Notes: generated by a model from the letters alone, not told the origin. A stretch of DNA of 64,000 nucleotides from an uncultured Nitrososphaerales archaeon (GCA_963695855.1 CAVOHZ010000008.1:537343-601342); one strand, 5' to 3'; positions 1-11,861 are shown, numbered from the stretch's first letter. Translations and numbers: made by a program.

Positions 1-387
1 TTCTACGAGTTGAAAAGTTGGATCGTTCTTTTGCATTTCAACCTCCAAGTGATCTATCAAGGCATCAGCATAAGAAGAATAAGACTTGAATAATGGAAAA
101 CCATACTTGCCATTAATATCATCAAGCGGTATAACGTTAAACGATATTCGTACATTTTCAGAAACATTTAGGTGCGATATCAAGACTTCATTATAGAAAG
201 GAGGGTTTTTATTTTCCAACTTTTCAATTTTCCAGTCAGTTTCATTAGGAAATTCTAAGGTAAATAGACCATCAGGATCGTTATAATCAAGCCATTTGAT
301 ACTTTCAAGATCTATGAAATGAATTGGGACTAAAGGAGACAAAAAAAATAATGGGAAAAATAAAGATACTAATTGTATTTTTACCAT
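1..387 (-). CDS. Secreted PsbP-like protein (partial, runs off window)
   Basis: Not in ORF track. Translated by hand from ATG at 387: MVKIQLVSLFFPLFFLSPLVP...KWLDYNDPDGLFTLEFPNETDWKIE..., open to base 1; hydrophobic N-terminus plus PsbP-like W-x-x-Y...F-x-L-x-F-P...W pattern. Confidence 0.7.
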   Translation of the reverse strand, partial: MVKIQLVSLFFPLFFLSPLVPIHFIDLESIKWLDYNDPDGLFTLEFPNETDWKIEKLENKNPPFYNEVLISHLNVSENVRISFNVIPLDDINGKYGFPLFKSYSSYADALIDHLEVEMQKNDPTFQLVE

Positions 388-544
388 TTAAAATATTATT
401 ATTACTTCTCAATTTATCTGTATTTTTAAATATTATTGGTACTGATAGATATTGGTATTGAGGCTACACTGTAGGTCAAAGATAGAATATTCATAGCTAA
501 ATGTATTTATTTAAATTTATACACGCGAAGATTAATCTATTGAA

Positions 545-563
545 GTACATTCATCGAATGTAC
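545..563. promoter_or_regulatory. Palindromic operator candidate GTACATTC-ATC-GAATGTAC
   Basis: Perfect 8-3-8 palindrome; the ~35-bp context recurs as a reverse complement at about 30525-30559. Confidence 0.7.
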
Positions 564-634
564 CACAACGTTATTAACACTTATCCCTGTCTATTAATTG
601 AATACCTTTAACAAGGTTTCGAGTAGTTTCAATT

Positions 635-658
635 CAGGTGACCGGTTTTGGTCACCTG
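635..658. other. 9-bp perfect inverted repeat CAGGTGACC-N6-GGTCACCTG
   Basis: Seen directly; GC-rich hairpin in AT-rich DNA; function unknown. Confidence 0.4.
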
Positions 659-1330
659 TATCTTCATTTTGTTTGTTAAAACACACATATTGAGATAAAC
701 TTGAATTGGAATTTATCTGAAATCCTATTCTTATTTGTTGGTTATATACACTAATAAAAAATTTATCCAATTCTACAAATGACAGACCATGTTTCATGTT
801 CTTTTTCTTGGCAGGAAAATTATCATCAAAACTACATTTGGATCAGATTCTTTAAGATAGGTAATATATTGTGTCTTTTGGATTCAGAAGGTATACTATT
901 GGCGTAACAATACAAATTCGAGATTGTAAATAAATATCTTCAATATTTGAGGTCAAGTTCAGATAACATTCTCTCTTACAGGCATATTTCTTCTTAAATA
1001 TTTATTTATACCAAGAATGGATTTATGAGCGAGATCTACAGCAATCAATAACCATCAAAATGATCTCCAATCTGAACCTCACTTGCATGGTTAATTAACA
1101 GAATGGATGTAAGGTTCTCCCCAGTTTTTCTATTTGTGATCTATTTGGTTTCCTTTTTTGAGAATATCTATATAAAAAGTGTTTTTTCAGAAAAATCTTA
1201 ATTATATATAGAGTCAATACCGGAAAAAAAGGTTGATTAGTAAAAAACTTAACCCATTCAGTAGAAAATCACAATCATGGATAAAACTGTTTGGTTGACT
1301 CTAGATAGTAGATAGTAAATTCATGAAAAA

Positions 1331-1870
1331 TTAAAATTCTTCCATCATCTCAACATAATCTTCTACAATGTCCGAATTGAAACTGTAATTGTATTTTTGT
1401 AAAGTATCCAGTAAAAAAGATTTATCAATCGAGAGTTCATAAATATTGTAATCTTTTTGTCTTCGTATCCTTATCATATTAGATTCTTTTAGTCTCATCA
1501 AATGCCATGAGACGGTTGAGGGAACCTTATTAGTGTAATCTACTATTTCATTGAAGCTACACTGATCATGATCCGATATAAATAGCAGCACGCTTCTTGT
1601 ACTTTTCTGTCTCAATATTGCTAAAATTTTGGACTCCTCATCAGATATGTCAATAGAATAATATCTAGTTACTCTATTGTTAATTCTGTCAATTTTAACT
1701 TTGCCAGAATGATCCAATTTATTTAAATGATAAGTTAGAACACCGTTAGAAAGTCCAGTCAGTCTCATTAATTCCCTATATCTGACGCCTGGAAATTTAA
1801 TAATATAATGAAATATCTTATGTTGAACTGAATTTTTTTCTTTCTTTGTTAGAGTAGATTCTATAATCAT
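1331..1870 (-). CDS. Double winged-HTH transcriptional regulator (ArsR/MarR-like)
   Basis: PGVRYRELMRLTGLSNGVLTYHL and second HTH SFNEIVDYTNKVPSTVSWHL; start overlaps the stop of the upstream membrane gene. Confidence 0.9.
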   Translation of the reverse strand: MIIESTLTKKEKNSVQHKIFHYIIKFPGVRYRELMRLTGLSNGVLTYHLNKLDHSGKVKIDRINNRVTRYYSIDISDEESKILAILRQKSTRSVLLFISDHDQCSFNEIVDYTNKVPSTVSWHLMRLKESNMIRIRRQKDYNIYELSIDKSFLLDTLQKYNYSFNSDIVEDYVEMMEEF

Positions 1871-2277
1871 TTATTAGCACCTTTCATAAAACTTACCCCA
1901 AAAAAGATGACCATAATCAAGAGGATAACGTGAGAAAGCTCTATATTAACAGTCGGTATAAACATTCCATAAATATTTTCAGTGGAACTCAGTAGGTACA
2001 AATATTCAACTGCTACTAGAGTTACAAATCCCAGAGTCATAAATAAGATCTTGATACTTTTGGTTCTAGCATATGCGAGGATAGAAACTATAGCGAGAAA
2101 TTGTGATATTATCAATGATGCCAAGTGCATAGTGATGTGGTAGATCATATGTGTGTGGTAGAGGTGTGGTAAGATAGCTGGGACAGTTAAAATTGACAAT
2201 ACAACACTTGCGATCAATGCAAGTAGTTTAGGCTTATTATAAAATTTATCTGGATCATTAAAATTCCTTAGCAACAT
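1867..2277 (-). CDS. 4-TM membrane protein with His-rich segment, coupled to the wHTH gene
   Basis: Four hydrophobic helices; PHLYHTHMIYHITMH; 4-bp overlap with regulator. Confidence 0.8.
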   Translation of the reverse strand: MLLRNFNDPDKFYNKPKLLALIASVVLSILTVPAILPHLYHTHMIYHITMHLASLIISQFLAIVSILAYARTKSIKILFMTLGFVTLVAVEYLYLLSSTENIYGMFIPTVNIELSHVILLIMVIFFGVSFMKGANK

Positions 2278-2461
2278 TATAAATAATCATCAAGAATTTA
2301 AATATATTATGGTACAAACTTGAAAAGAGTAGATTGTATTTATCTATCTAATAAAATGTGTCAAGATCTTACTATAAGAAAAGGTAAAGGTAAATTTAAC
2401 GATATTAATCTTCGAATGTTTTAGTATAAAGTTTAAAAGCATTAATTGTCAAGAAGATTTA

Positions 2462-3037
2462 ATGGGAAAATATTTCACAAATAATATTTTAATATTTGTC
2501 ATGGTAGCATTTGCGATAGGACTTTTAAATACAGTACCTATCTTTGCACAAGGAGGCAATGGTACTATGACCAACACAACTACTACTACGGAAGAGCATG
2601 GTGAAGAGTACACTGAAGGAATTTCAGTCAGGGATACCGTTACTGTTTTGCTGCAGGACCTAACATTACCAGCTCAAGATTTTATCCATCTCTATGATAG
2701 TACGCCTGATACGATATTAAAAGGTCATGTTGCAGTTAAAATACCATGTGAAGACAACTCTGTTTCTCCAATTCAAGTCTTGATAGGATCTGCACCACAA
2801 TTTGCTCCAGCTGAATTAGAAAATATAGCAAATCTATCTAAACCGGGAGATTTATGTTTATATCATGTTGATTTGATGCCCGGTGGAAATGTTTCTAAGA
2901 TAACAGATATTGCCTTGAAGAATCCAACTGACGAGGACATAGAATTTCCACCTACATCAACAGTCGTAATCGGCGTTAATGAAATAGCCAAGGGAGAACA
3001 TGAATCTGATGAAGCTACAGAAGCAGGACATACCTAG
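2462..3037 (+). CDS. Secreted His/Cys-motif protein (RDxVT-HLYD-GHVA-PC-CxYH family, copy 1)
   Basis: Signal peptide; clear paralogues at 24149-24688 and 12787-13504. Confidence 0.85.
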   Translation: MGKYFTNNILIFVMVAFAIGLLNTVPIFAQGGNGTMTNTTTTTEEHGEEYTEGISVRDTVTVLLQDLTLPAQDFIHLYDSTPDTILKGHVAVKIPCEDNSVSPIQVLIGSAPQFAPAELENIANLSKPGDLCLYHVDLMPGGNVSKITDIALKNPTDEDIEFPPTSTVVIGVNEIAKGEHESDEATEAGHT

Positions 3038-3303
3038 CCTATAAAAGACACATAACACAATAAAAATCTAAGTTGAAGACATCTATTTTCTTTTTTTGAA
3101 TTTGAAAAAGTGAACTAATATCAATATAACCAATAAATACCAAAGATGGAATAGACCTAAGAATTTGTAACAATAAAACAATTCATTTCCAGAGATTGGA
3201 TTGATTTGATTTTTGCATCGCCAATATTAGAACTATAATAAGGAGAAAGTTGTTTGAGACAACTGATACCTTGGAAGATCATATAGATGATTATGTTAAC
3301 TTA

Positions 3304-4235
3304 GAACCTATCCCAAAATTATCCTCCTGTAGATAATAATGCTACTTGCCAATTTTACAAGACCCAGATAGTTCTCCTCTTCCTTCTTTTCATATCTTGT
3401 AAATAACTTCCTGAATCTATTATGCCATGAATTTGTTCTCTCTACAACCCATCTTCTTACTGCTGGATGTTTTCTATGAAATACCCTTTCTTCTCCTCTT
3501 CTGTGTCGCATATGTGGAATAGAATATATCCTCTCTCTCTTGATGATTTCTTGTTCTATTTCTTTGGAATGATATGCTTTATCAACGCACAGGTTCTGTT
3601 TCTGTTTATTGCTTTGGTTTGGATGATGATGATCTTTTGATAACCATGCTGTCAACTGTTTCAATTGCAACAGTGACATCATTGTGAGTATTTGCAGATG
3701 TTATAATAGCAGATAGTGGAATACCATCTTTCTTTATCTGTAAAAATGTGTCTTTTACTACCTAATTTACTTCTATTAGCAGTGGGATTATGACCAGCAG
3801 TCATCGCCCCCCTAAAGGTGATTTTACTGATATCCTATCAAGAAGTGATTGCCATGACCATTTGATTCCTCTTTTTTTATGATCGTATATTTTTAACAAA
3901 TCTGGTCCATAGTTAGTCTATCAAAAATACCAGACTGCCTCCGTTCATGAAATCTTCTATGGCATGTTGAACCAGAACCATATTCTCCTGGTAACATTTT
4001 CCACTGAGATTCAGTGCTCAGGATAAACATTATACCATCAAATACTTTTCTGTATGGAACAATTGGACGACCTATAGTGTTCTCCGGTTTCTCATCTGGT
4101 AAAATATCTTCAATTTCATTCCAAAGATCATCTGGAATGCGTATGATTGTTCGAACATACTTTTTATTCTTAAGCATTATCAGATATGATAAGAAACCAA
4201 TGAGCTATATTCCTATCTATTTTTGGGATAGACTC
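3304..4235 (-). mobile_element. IS5-family element, frameshifted transposase
   Basis: TIRs GAACCTATCCCAAAA / TTTTGGGATAGACTC, TTA target duplication; IPDDLWNEI, DKAYHS and RWVVERTNSW motifs in split ORFs. Confidence 0.93.
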
Positions 4236-4694
4236 TTAATTACATATTGATATTGAGGGTCATAGTTTTGTGTCACATATGTATTAATTACAAAAGTAGA
4301 TTTCTTTTGAAAATATACTTAATTTAATAGGGTTCATCTCGGCTTGGTGCTATTTATTAAATAGCTTCAATATTTTTCAAATAATATTAATAAATATGTT
4401 ACTAATTCTATTGTGTAATAAGGAATAAATGGGGCAGGCAAAAGTTACAAGGATTCAGTACTCTTTATAACTAAATTGTGTGGGATTTGAACTCTAAAAG
4501 GAATTAATTACTTTTATAACATCCAAAAGAAGATATTTTAGTAAATCCTATGATAAAGAAGTCTTAAAAAATGTACATTCCATCAATTATCTCTGTTGTC
4601 AATAGATAATTATTTCAAATTAAATTTATAAACATGTTAAATAAATTTATAATATTTTTCATCTCTGTATGATCAAAATATTTATTAATATTAT

Positions 4695-5222
4695 ATGGAA
4701 ATCGGATTTATGAAATTAAGTTTTACAATCATAACAATTTTTACTATGGCCATTTTACTAAATACTGTTATTCCATCATCATTGTCAGATGCTCAGAATT
4801 TTACTAATATAGATAACAAATTAACTATGAAAGAGATAGAATGTCAGAGCAAAGAACATTTTGACTTTCACATACATACAAAACTTACTATAATGATTGA
4901 TAATCAACTTTATCCTATACCTGCTAATATAGGAATTATTCCAGAAAAATGTATTTATTGGATACATACACATGATAATAGCGGGTTAATACATATAGAA
5001 TCTCCTATCGAAAGAAACTTTACTTTGGGACAATTCTTACAGATATGGAAGTTATTTGATAAATCAGATATTGTTCATGATATTGCTGATAATAAAATTA
5101 ATGGAATTATTAGGATATATTTTAACTATAATCATAGTAATACTTCAGTTGTAAATGATTATAGAAATTTAGTTTTAAAAGATCAGGATAAAATTTTAAT
5201 GAATATAACTACTACTTACTAA
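4695..5222 (+). CDS. Secreted His-rich putative metal-binding protein
   Basis: Signal peptide; HFDFHIH and CIYWIHTHDNSGLIHIESP...FTLGQF motifs. Confidence 0.8.
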   Translation: MEIGFMKLSFTIITIFTMAILLNTVIPSSLSDAQNFTNIDNKLTMKEIECQSKEHFDFHIHTKLTIMIDNQLYPIPANIGIIPEKCIYWIHTHDNSGLIHIESPIERNFTLGQFLQIWKLFDKSDIVHDIADNKINGIIRIYFNYNHSNTSVVNDYRNLVLKDQDKILMNITTTY

Positions 5223-5568
5223 TTTAGGAAAGATCATCAATATTTTTGAAATTTAAATATGTTAAAAGCTTATTCTTTATAATGGTTAAATTGGTGTGAA
5301 AAAGAAATTAAGTTTAACAACATTTTTGTATTCTTCTCAGTATGATGTGAAACAAATTTGATCTAGAGAGAGGATTTAGCAACTCATGCAAGTAAATTTA
5401 TTTGAATATCTCTAAATTTTTTATGGAAATACTATTTTTAGAAAAAATTTACTTCTGTTTTAAAAAATTTCTTAGATGTTATTGATATAAGTTTTTAGTA
5501 TTGATTGTATTGCAGTATCTTTTTTTCCTTCTTATGATCTACAAAAAATTGATAAAAAGTTATTTTAA

Positions 5569-6029
5569 TTATTTTACAGTAAATTCAAATTTAACATATT
5601 CTGGATTTATAGGAATAAAGTTTATTCCAAGCACAGGTATATTGATTGAATATTATCCTGGTGAGGAAAAGGTAAATGGATAGTAACAGAACCTTCAGCT
5701 GTATGAAGAAGTGGTTGGCTAATTTGTTTTGCAGCAGAAAATATTTCTTCTCCATTATTTAATATTTGAAAATCATAATCAACATGAACTTGAATATTAT
5801 CTGTACCTGGTTCAAGATAATTAATCTTAAATTTAACTTCATTGATATCAATAGCTTGAGAAGGAGAAATATTCACATCTAAGGATCCACCATTAGTAGA
5901 TTGAAACGATTTCGGATCTGTAATTGCAAAAGAATCTACAAAAGATGTACCTCCTATGAAGGTAATTGTTAAAAATAATTCCAATATTACAAAACATTTT
6001 GAATATTTTTGTGTCATAGTATAGTACAA
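5569..6029 (-). pseudogene. Secreted Ig-like protein (HVDYDF...HTAEG type), frameshift plus nonsense
   Basis: A plausible C-terminus FTFSSPG*YSINIPVLGINFIPINPEYVKFEFTVK lies in a shifted frame ending at 5569. Confidence 0.65.
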
Positions 6030-6343
6030 TAGAATATATATGTATTTATTTATCTTGCTATTAATAAAAATAATAAGATAATCGTTGATACATTGATATC
6101 CATCAAATTGATACCTAAAATTATCTTCTTAGTTTAAAATTTACAAATTTTAATCCTGAATAGGTGAGAGGTCTCAAGCGATAAACTTAATTTTCCATAT
6201 TTGAAAATATTAATGTTTCTAACATATAGAATTATAAACTTATCAAGCTATATCACATCTTCACAATCATCTAATTATTTTTAAAGATGGCATTAGATTT
6301 AGTTATATTTCTATCTGTCTATTCTAATATTAGCATTTGCTAT

Positions 6344-7447
6344 TTAACTACATGCATAATTTGCTCTAAAGTGAACATTTCCGCTATCACTTATGTAAAT
6401 ATTACCATTTGGATCAATTGTTATATCATGAGGTATCAGAAATTGATCATCCTTACATCCAAGCGAGCCCCACATTGTTATAAAATTACCATTACTGTCA
6501 AATTTCTGTATCCTTACATTTCTTGTATCAACGACGTAAACCTTTCCCTGTTTATCCACTGCAATACCATGATCTTCAATAAATTGCCCTTTGTCACTCC
6601 CTCTAGAACCCCACATTGTTATAAAATTACCATTACTATCAAATTTTTCTACTCTTGAATTGTCCCTACCATCAGTTACATATACGTTATCTTTTGAATC
6701 TAAGGCAATATCATGAATATGAACAAATTGCCCTGGTTGCGATCCATATGAACCCCATTTTTTTATGAATTTGCCATTGTTTTCAAACTTTTGTATTACA
6801 GGATTTGCTTGATCTCCAACATAAACATAGCCTTTAAAATCGACCCCTATTCCCCATGGTTTCATGAATTGATTTGTTCCATTTCCTTTAGATCCCCACA
6901 TTGTAATAAAGTTACCATTACTATCGAATTTTTGAACATGCGAAGTACCGTAATCAACCACAAACACATTATCATTTTTATCTATGGCAATACTTTCTGG
7001 TTGTATAAATTCACCTGGACCATTGCCCATTTTACCAAATGCTAGCAAAAAATTTCCTTTACTATCAAACTTTTGGATATTACACAATACAGCATCACTT
7101 ACATAGATGTTTCCATGAGAATTAGATCCAATTCCATGAGGATGTAAAAATTCTCCTTTGCCTGTTCCTTTGAGCCCCCAATTACTAATTAGAACACCAT
7201 TAGAATTGAATTTTTTAATATGATGAAAATTTTCTATTGATAAAGGATCATTTTGAAAGTTAGAATTTGAAATTGCATTCTTTACTATCTTCCCATTTTT
7301 ACAATTTTGGATTTCATTTATATCACCTGGAAAATCTGAATATACTGACACATAAGCAATATTATTTCCTATAATGTATACAATAATAAGAGATGTTACT
7401 AAGATTAGATTATTATTATTAAAAATCTTTTCTATCATATTTTTCAA
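6344..7447 (-). CDS. Secreted NHL-repeat 6-bladed beta-propeller
   Basis: Repeated QKFDSNGNFITMWGSxG...GQF...P.GIAVD units. Confidence 0.93.
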   Translation of the reverse strand: MKNMIEKIFNNNNLILVTSLIIVYIIGNNIAYVSVYSDFPGDINEIQNCKNGKIVKNAISNSNFQNDPLSIENFHHIKKFNSNGVLISNWGLKGTGKGEFLHPHGIGSNSHGNIYVSDAVLCNIQKFDSKGNFLLAFGKMGNGPGEFIQPESIAIDKNDNVFVVDYGTSHVQKFDSNGNFITMWGSKGNGTNQFMKPWGIGVDFKGYVYVGDQANPVIQKFENNGKFIKKWGSYGSQPGQFVHIHDIALDSKDNVYVTDGRDNSRVEKFDSNGNFITMWGSRGSDKGQFIEDHGIAVDKQGKVYVVDTRNVRIQKFDSNGNFITMWGSLGCKDDQFLIPHDITIDPNGNIYISDSGNVHFRANYACS

Positions 7448-7510
7448 AATCTATACACCAAACCTATCAATAAAGATATTCATAAAATAGAATACAAAAA
7501 TAGAACATCA

Positions 7511-8017
7511 TTATACAACTATACCTCCATGCATTGTTGTTGGATGATACTTACAATGATATTGATATTTTCCATTATTAGTAAATTTAAAATGAATATC
7601 ATCAGTTCCACCATTTGAAATTGTTGTTGATTTTGCTAATTGCTTCCCATTTTCATCTTGAATAATTAGTTGATAAGAATTGTTGTTATCCCTATTGTCT
7701 ATTTGAAAAGTATAATCGTTTCTCGATTTTAGATCGAGTTGGCGATTGACTTGACTATTACCAGACGTCCATACATAATTGTTGTGTCGTTCTGATGCTT
7801 TCAAATCTATTATATTTGAATCTGTTATAGAAGATGCAAGTTGTGCATTTGTTATATTTTTTTCTAATATATCGATAATTAAGTTTCCTTTAAGATTAAA
7901 AAACATTTTAAATAATCTAATAAAACTTAATAATACAAATAAGAGTATATTGATATTTCTAGTAGGAAATAGAAAGAGTACTGTTCCTTTATCTTTTTTA
8001 TTTCTACTTTGTTCCAA
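7511..8017 (-). CDS. Cupredoxin-domain protein, N-terminus possibly degraded
   Basis: C-terminal YQYHCKYHPTTMHGGIVV (Cys-His-Met loop); upstream His ligand not evident. Confidence 0.7.
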   Translation of the reverse strand: MEQSRNKKDKGTVLFLFPTRNINILLFVLLSFIRLFKMFFNLKGNLIIDILEKNITNAQLASSITDSNIIDLKASERHNNYVWTSGNSQVNRQLDLKSRNDYTFQIDNRDNNNSYQLIIQDENGKQLAKSTTISNGGTDDIHFKFTNNGKYQYHCKYHPTTMHGGIVV

Positions 8018-8277
8018 TTATATACTTTTTATGTTCCAAATAATTATATAAGTTATAGTAAACCTAGTTAACATATTATACTAACCAACAAAAGTTCGTT
8101 TACATATTTTTCTTAATATGTGAGGTTTACTACACTTAAAAAATCCATTTTCTGGGTTTTAAAAGATATACTAAATTATGTTAGGCAGTATAGAACTGTC
8201 AATCTATGCATTTACATGACTGATAACATAGTTCACTCAACTTTATTAATTCGGATTAGGTATAGTTAACTGGGTAT

Positions 8278-9228
8278 GTGCAAATGAGCAGTTTCGATTA
8301 TGATATGAATAATAGTAAGCAGGGGGAAGGCCGGTGGTTCAATATTTTTAGATCTAGGTGTACAGCTGTACCACTGTTAATTATTCTAATGATAGCAGCG
8401 AGCAGTATAATTCTTGTCAACCAGAATATCGGAAAGGCTTATGCTCAACCGGAGACTAACTTCCCACCGTCTATATTTTATAAATTAAGAAACGAGCCTT
8501 CATATCTAATTGACATTCCATTTAGTGCTACAGGACTTTCAACCTATGAACCTTCGCAGATCTCTATACCTACGGGTATGACAGTTATATGGTTCAATGA
8601 TGATGATATAGAACACACTGTAACTACAACGGCCTCTAACTCAACATATAATGCTCCTGAGAGTTTTGATTCAGGACCCATAGTCACAGACGGAGGTTCT
8701 TTCATACATACTTTCGACAAGCCAGGAGTCTACCATTACTACGATACCTTTTATCCATCAGTCCAAGGGACGATTATTGTGGATAGTACTGTAAAGGAGG
8801 GCAAGTACTTGAACATGATGATAGGAGGTAATGCATTACCATTCAACTCAAGCCAACCTCAGAGATTCGTGCTATCTTTTATTCCAAAAACTATTACTTT
8901 TCCACCTACTATTGCATTGACCTATAATGTTTCTATCTTAAATGCATCAACTGGTAAAGTATTATTCAGCCACAAGTATGATGATAGTGATGGAATACTA
9001 GACTTGGAACTAGTTCCATCTCATGCAGGTATGAACGCTTCACACTTTATTACATGGGGTCCAGACTTTATAGGTCAGGAAGCAGTCAATAACGATGGTA
9101 CATTTCACATTAAAGGGCCGGTATTAATTGAAAATTCACCCTATACTGTAGATGTACAAATAACTGCAAAAGATAATAACGAAATATCACCGCCGGTGGG
9201 TGACCAGTTCATATTGCCAAATTCGTAG
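8278..9228 (+). CDS. Secreted plastocyanin-like (cupredoxin) protein with extra C-terminal domain
   Basis: GMTVIWFNDDDIEHTVT...FDSG...HTFDKPGVYHYYDTFYPSVQG; the type-1 Cu Cys/His/Met positions read D/Y/V. Confidence 0.85.
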   Translation: MQMSSFDYDMNNSKQGEGRWFNIFRSRCTAVPLLIILMIAASSIILVNQNIGKAYAQPETNFPPSIFYKLRNEPSYLIDIPFSATGLSTYEPSQISIPTGMTVIWFNDDDIEHTVTTTASNSTYNAPESFDSGPIVTDGGSFIHTFDKPGVYHYYDTFYPSVQGTIIVDSTVKEGKYLNMMIGGNALPFNSSQPQRFVLSFIPKTITFPPTIALTYNVSILNASTGKVLFSHKYDDSDGILDLELVPSHAGMNASHFITWGPDFIGQEAVNNDGTFHIKGPVLIENSPYTVDVQITAKDNNEISPPVGDQFILPNS

Positions 9229-9384
9229 TCTAACTCTTATCATTTCTTACAGTACAATTTTTTAGCCTGGAGAAATTGGACAAGATTCAGTTCTCACATT
9301 TTGGTGTAAATGCGGCCCTCAAATATTGCTTTCAAAATGGTAAATGTTAGTTTACTATAATTGTCAATCTATGTATTTACATAA

Positions 9385-10104
9385 CTGTTAAGCAGTAAAA
9401 GTTATAGCTAGGCATGTTCTCTTTATGATATGAAAGTTAGATTTGAAAGAAACATAACATCCACAGTATAGTTATGTATTCTCTTTATCTATACTTTCTT
9501 GGTCTAAGTTTTAAGACATACTTCCAAGACATCAGTATTATTTAAAGATGAGAATAAGAGAAGTTATGTGTCTGTATGGAACTGGATTCAGAGATTTGGA
9601 TCCTGTCAGATCTATAAACGTAAAAGAATATCAGCCTTCATAATAGATGAAACAGTTATTCAGATTGGTAGTCAACATTTCTGGTTATGGTTCTGTATAG
9701 AACCAATTCCTCGTTCAGTACTTGGAATATACATATCTGAGGAAAGAAATATGCTTGTTGCTGAAAAATTTATTCATTCACTAGTCGAGAAATATGGAAA
9801 ACATGCCGTGTATACAGATAATGGTGTTACATGGTATGATGAAGCATGTAATGTAATTGGATTGAAACATTATGTACATTCTTCAATAGAGAAAAGTCTA
9901 ATGGAACGGGTCAACTAGTATTTGAAAGACAGAATCGAGAGTTTTGATGATTATTATCGATGTATGCAGAAGAAAAATTGCAATCTATTTCATGTGTATA
10001 ACTGGATACAATTCTTTGTATCTATGTATAATGATACAATAGCAAATAATAATAATGATTTTGAGTTAGAGGAGGTGAGAATATTATCTTAAATTAACAC
10101 AACC
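9385..10104 (+). mobile_element. IS6-family element, degenerate
   Basis: VWNWIQRF..IIDET..YTD..LMER; homologous to 63197-63921; right IR TCTTAAATTAACACAACC; stops and frameshifts; left boundary approximate. Confidence 0.88.
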
Positions 10105-10287
10105 TGATTCACTATCAGTCTTAAAAGCAAATTCATTGCGCTCTTTATTACTATATAATACAAGTTCATTATCTTCAAACCATTGCATTTTTAGTACGTG
10201 ATTAGAGAAGAACAAATGAACAAAAATTTTTCGCACAGTCCAAATAATAGCAATAATATTATTGTATAAAACTATAATAATAATAGT

Positions 10288-10707
10288 ATGACAAAGCAGG
10301 ATTCTCATTCAGATTCAGAGTTAAAGAAAATCTACCAGTTGAAAAATATTGCAGTAGTTGGTATGTCAAAAAACGAAGAAAAGGCAGGAAATTTTGTACC
10401 TAAATACCTTATTGAACATGGATATAATGTTATTCCAGTCAATCCAACAATTTCTGAAGTATTGGGAAGAAAATCATATCCAACAATAGCAGACATTCCA
10501 GAAAGGGTAGATGTAGTAGACATATTTAGAAAATCAGAAGATGTACTTCCTGTAATAGATGATGCACTTAACAGAAAAAATGACATTAAGGTGATTTGGA
10601 TGCAGGAAGGCATCTACAATGAGGAGGCGGAGAAGAAAGCAAAGGAAAATGGCATGGATGTTGTTTACAATAGGTGTATGATGGCAGAGCACAGACTTCT
10701 CTTTTAG
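10288..10707 (+). CDS. CoA-binding protein (YccU-like)
   Basis: IAVVGMS...GYNVIPVNP...VDVVDIFR...IWMQEGI...VVYNRC. Confidence 0.93.
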   Translation: MTKQDSHSDSELKKIYQLKNIAVVGMSKNEEKAGNFVPKYLIEHGYNVIPVNPTISEVLGRKSYPTIADIPERVDVVDIFRKSEDVLPVIDDALNRKNDIKVIWMQEGIYNEEAEKKAKENGMDVVYNRCMMAEHRLLF

Positions 10708-10859
10708 AATATAAAGACATGAAATAGTCAGCCAGCCAACGTGATCCACAAAGTGTAACGATAATCCATATCATTAGATAAAAAAAGATATGGGATTAGC
10801 GAGGCTCTAAAGGTTGTCACCTTTTCCTAAACACTTTTTGGTCTGACACTGAAGACTAA

Positions 10860-11500
10860 TGTCAATATAAAATGTCTATCATTCTTTAATTAATACCTTC
10901 AGAGGGACCTCACCTTCTGCGTATTTTTCCCTGAATCTAATATGTTTTAATTTTAGTAATTTTATGATTTCTCCATTTAGATCCCAAAACAATGTTAGAG
11001 CTGCCTTCTTCTCTTTATATGGTTGATTTTTGATTATAGACAATAATTCATCTTTTTCCCAAATTTCACTTTCTAAATATGGAGATATTCTTTTACTTTT
11101 TTTGTTCTTTATCCTGACAAATTCTGGAGTTCGCCAATTTTCATGATCAGTGTCATTAGCATGATTGTATAACCATCTATAAAAATGAAATAGTCTTAAC
11201 CAATTGAGGTAATTGTTCCATGTTGATATCATTCTTTTATCAGGATTTCATAATAGTATTAAGAAATTCTAAAATTTGTTCTTTTTTGGTTATAGCCTAA
11301 AAATCAAATGTTTTACCTATAAAATTACCAAATGTTATTATAAACTTTTATATTCTTATTTTGATGATGTTCTGAAGAACTATTATTTCTCATATATTCT
11401 AGAAATTCATTTATTAGTTCTATATTTTTGGAATTAGGGATATTTTGAATTTTTCCTATCGTTGTAAATAATTTCAATGATATTTATCCTTCTATTATCC
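10860..11500 (-). pseudogene. Tyrosine recombinase/integrase remnant
   Basis: ISTWNNYL..FYRWLYN..SPYLESEIWEKDELL..LFWDL; fragmented; bounds approximate. Confidence 0.65.
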
Positions 11501-11609
11501 TCCTTCTTGCTTTTACAAAATCTTATAGCAAACCCAAGGTATATGAACCCACTTATAAATGGGGCCAGTGGTTTCCATTGTGATATTGATACTAAAAATG
11601 GATTCATAA

Positions 11610-11810
11610 TATAATCTACAATTGTCGCTATAAAGGTTTCGATTAGATTCTAACAGAGCGTTGCATGAATGCCTTGCAATGGATATGCCATATAATAAAA
11701 AAGTAATGAAGGGATGTGGACTCTCAAGTCGCAGAGTACCACCAAGCAGAAGAACGTTTGATAGACTTTTTGCTACAATATCCAGAGATATAAAAACTAA
11801 AATTATGGTT
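11610..11810 (+). mobile_element. Transposase remnant
   Basis: Translates DSNRALHECLAMDMPYNKKVMKGCGL..PSRRTFDRLF, resembling thaumarchaeal DDE transposase N-termini. Confidence 0.55.
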
Positions 11811-11861
11811 TTAACTTTCTAGTTCATTTCCGTTGTCAAATTCTTTCAGTTAGAAGGAAGG

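Noticed and set aside
594-797. 67-aa ORF
   Set aside because: No recognisable motif; possibly a gene fragment, not supportable
4478-4495. TGGGATTTGAAC tRNA T-arm-like fragment (also GGGGCCAGTGG near 11561, beside an integrase remnant)
   Set aside because: Too short, no cloverleaf; cannot be established as att sites
6287-7045. Plus-strand ORFs opposite the NHL gene, and similar antisense ORFs elsewhere (e.g. 41380-41727, 51742-52116, 61296-61646)
   Set aside because: Shadow ORFs of well-supported genes
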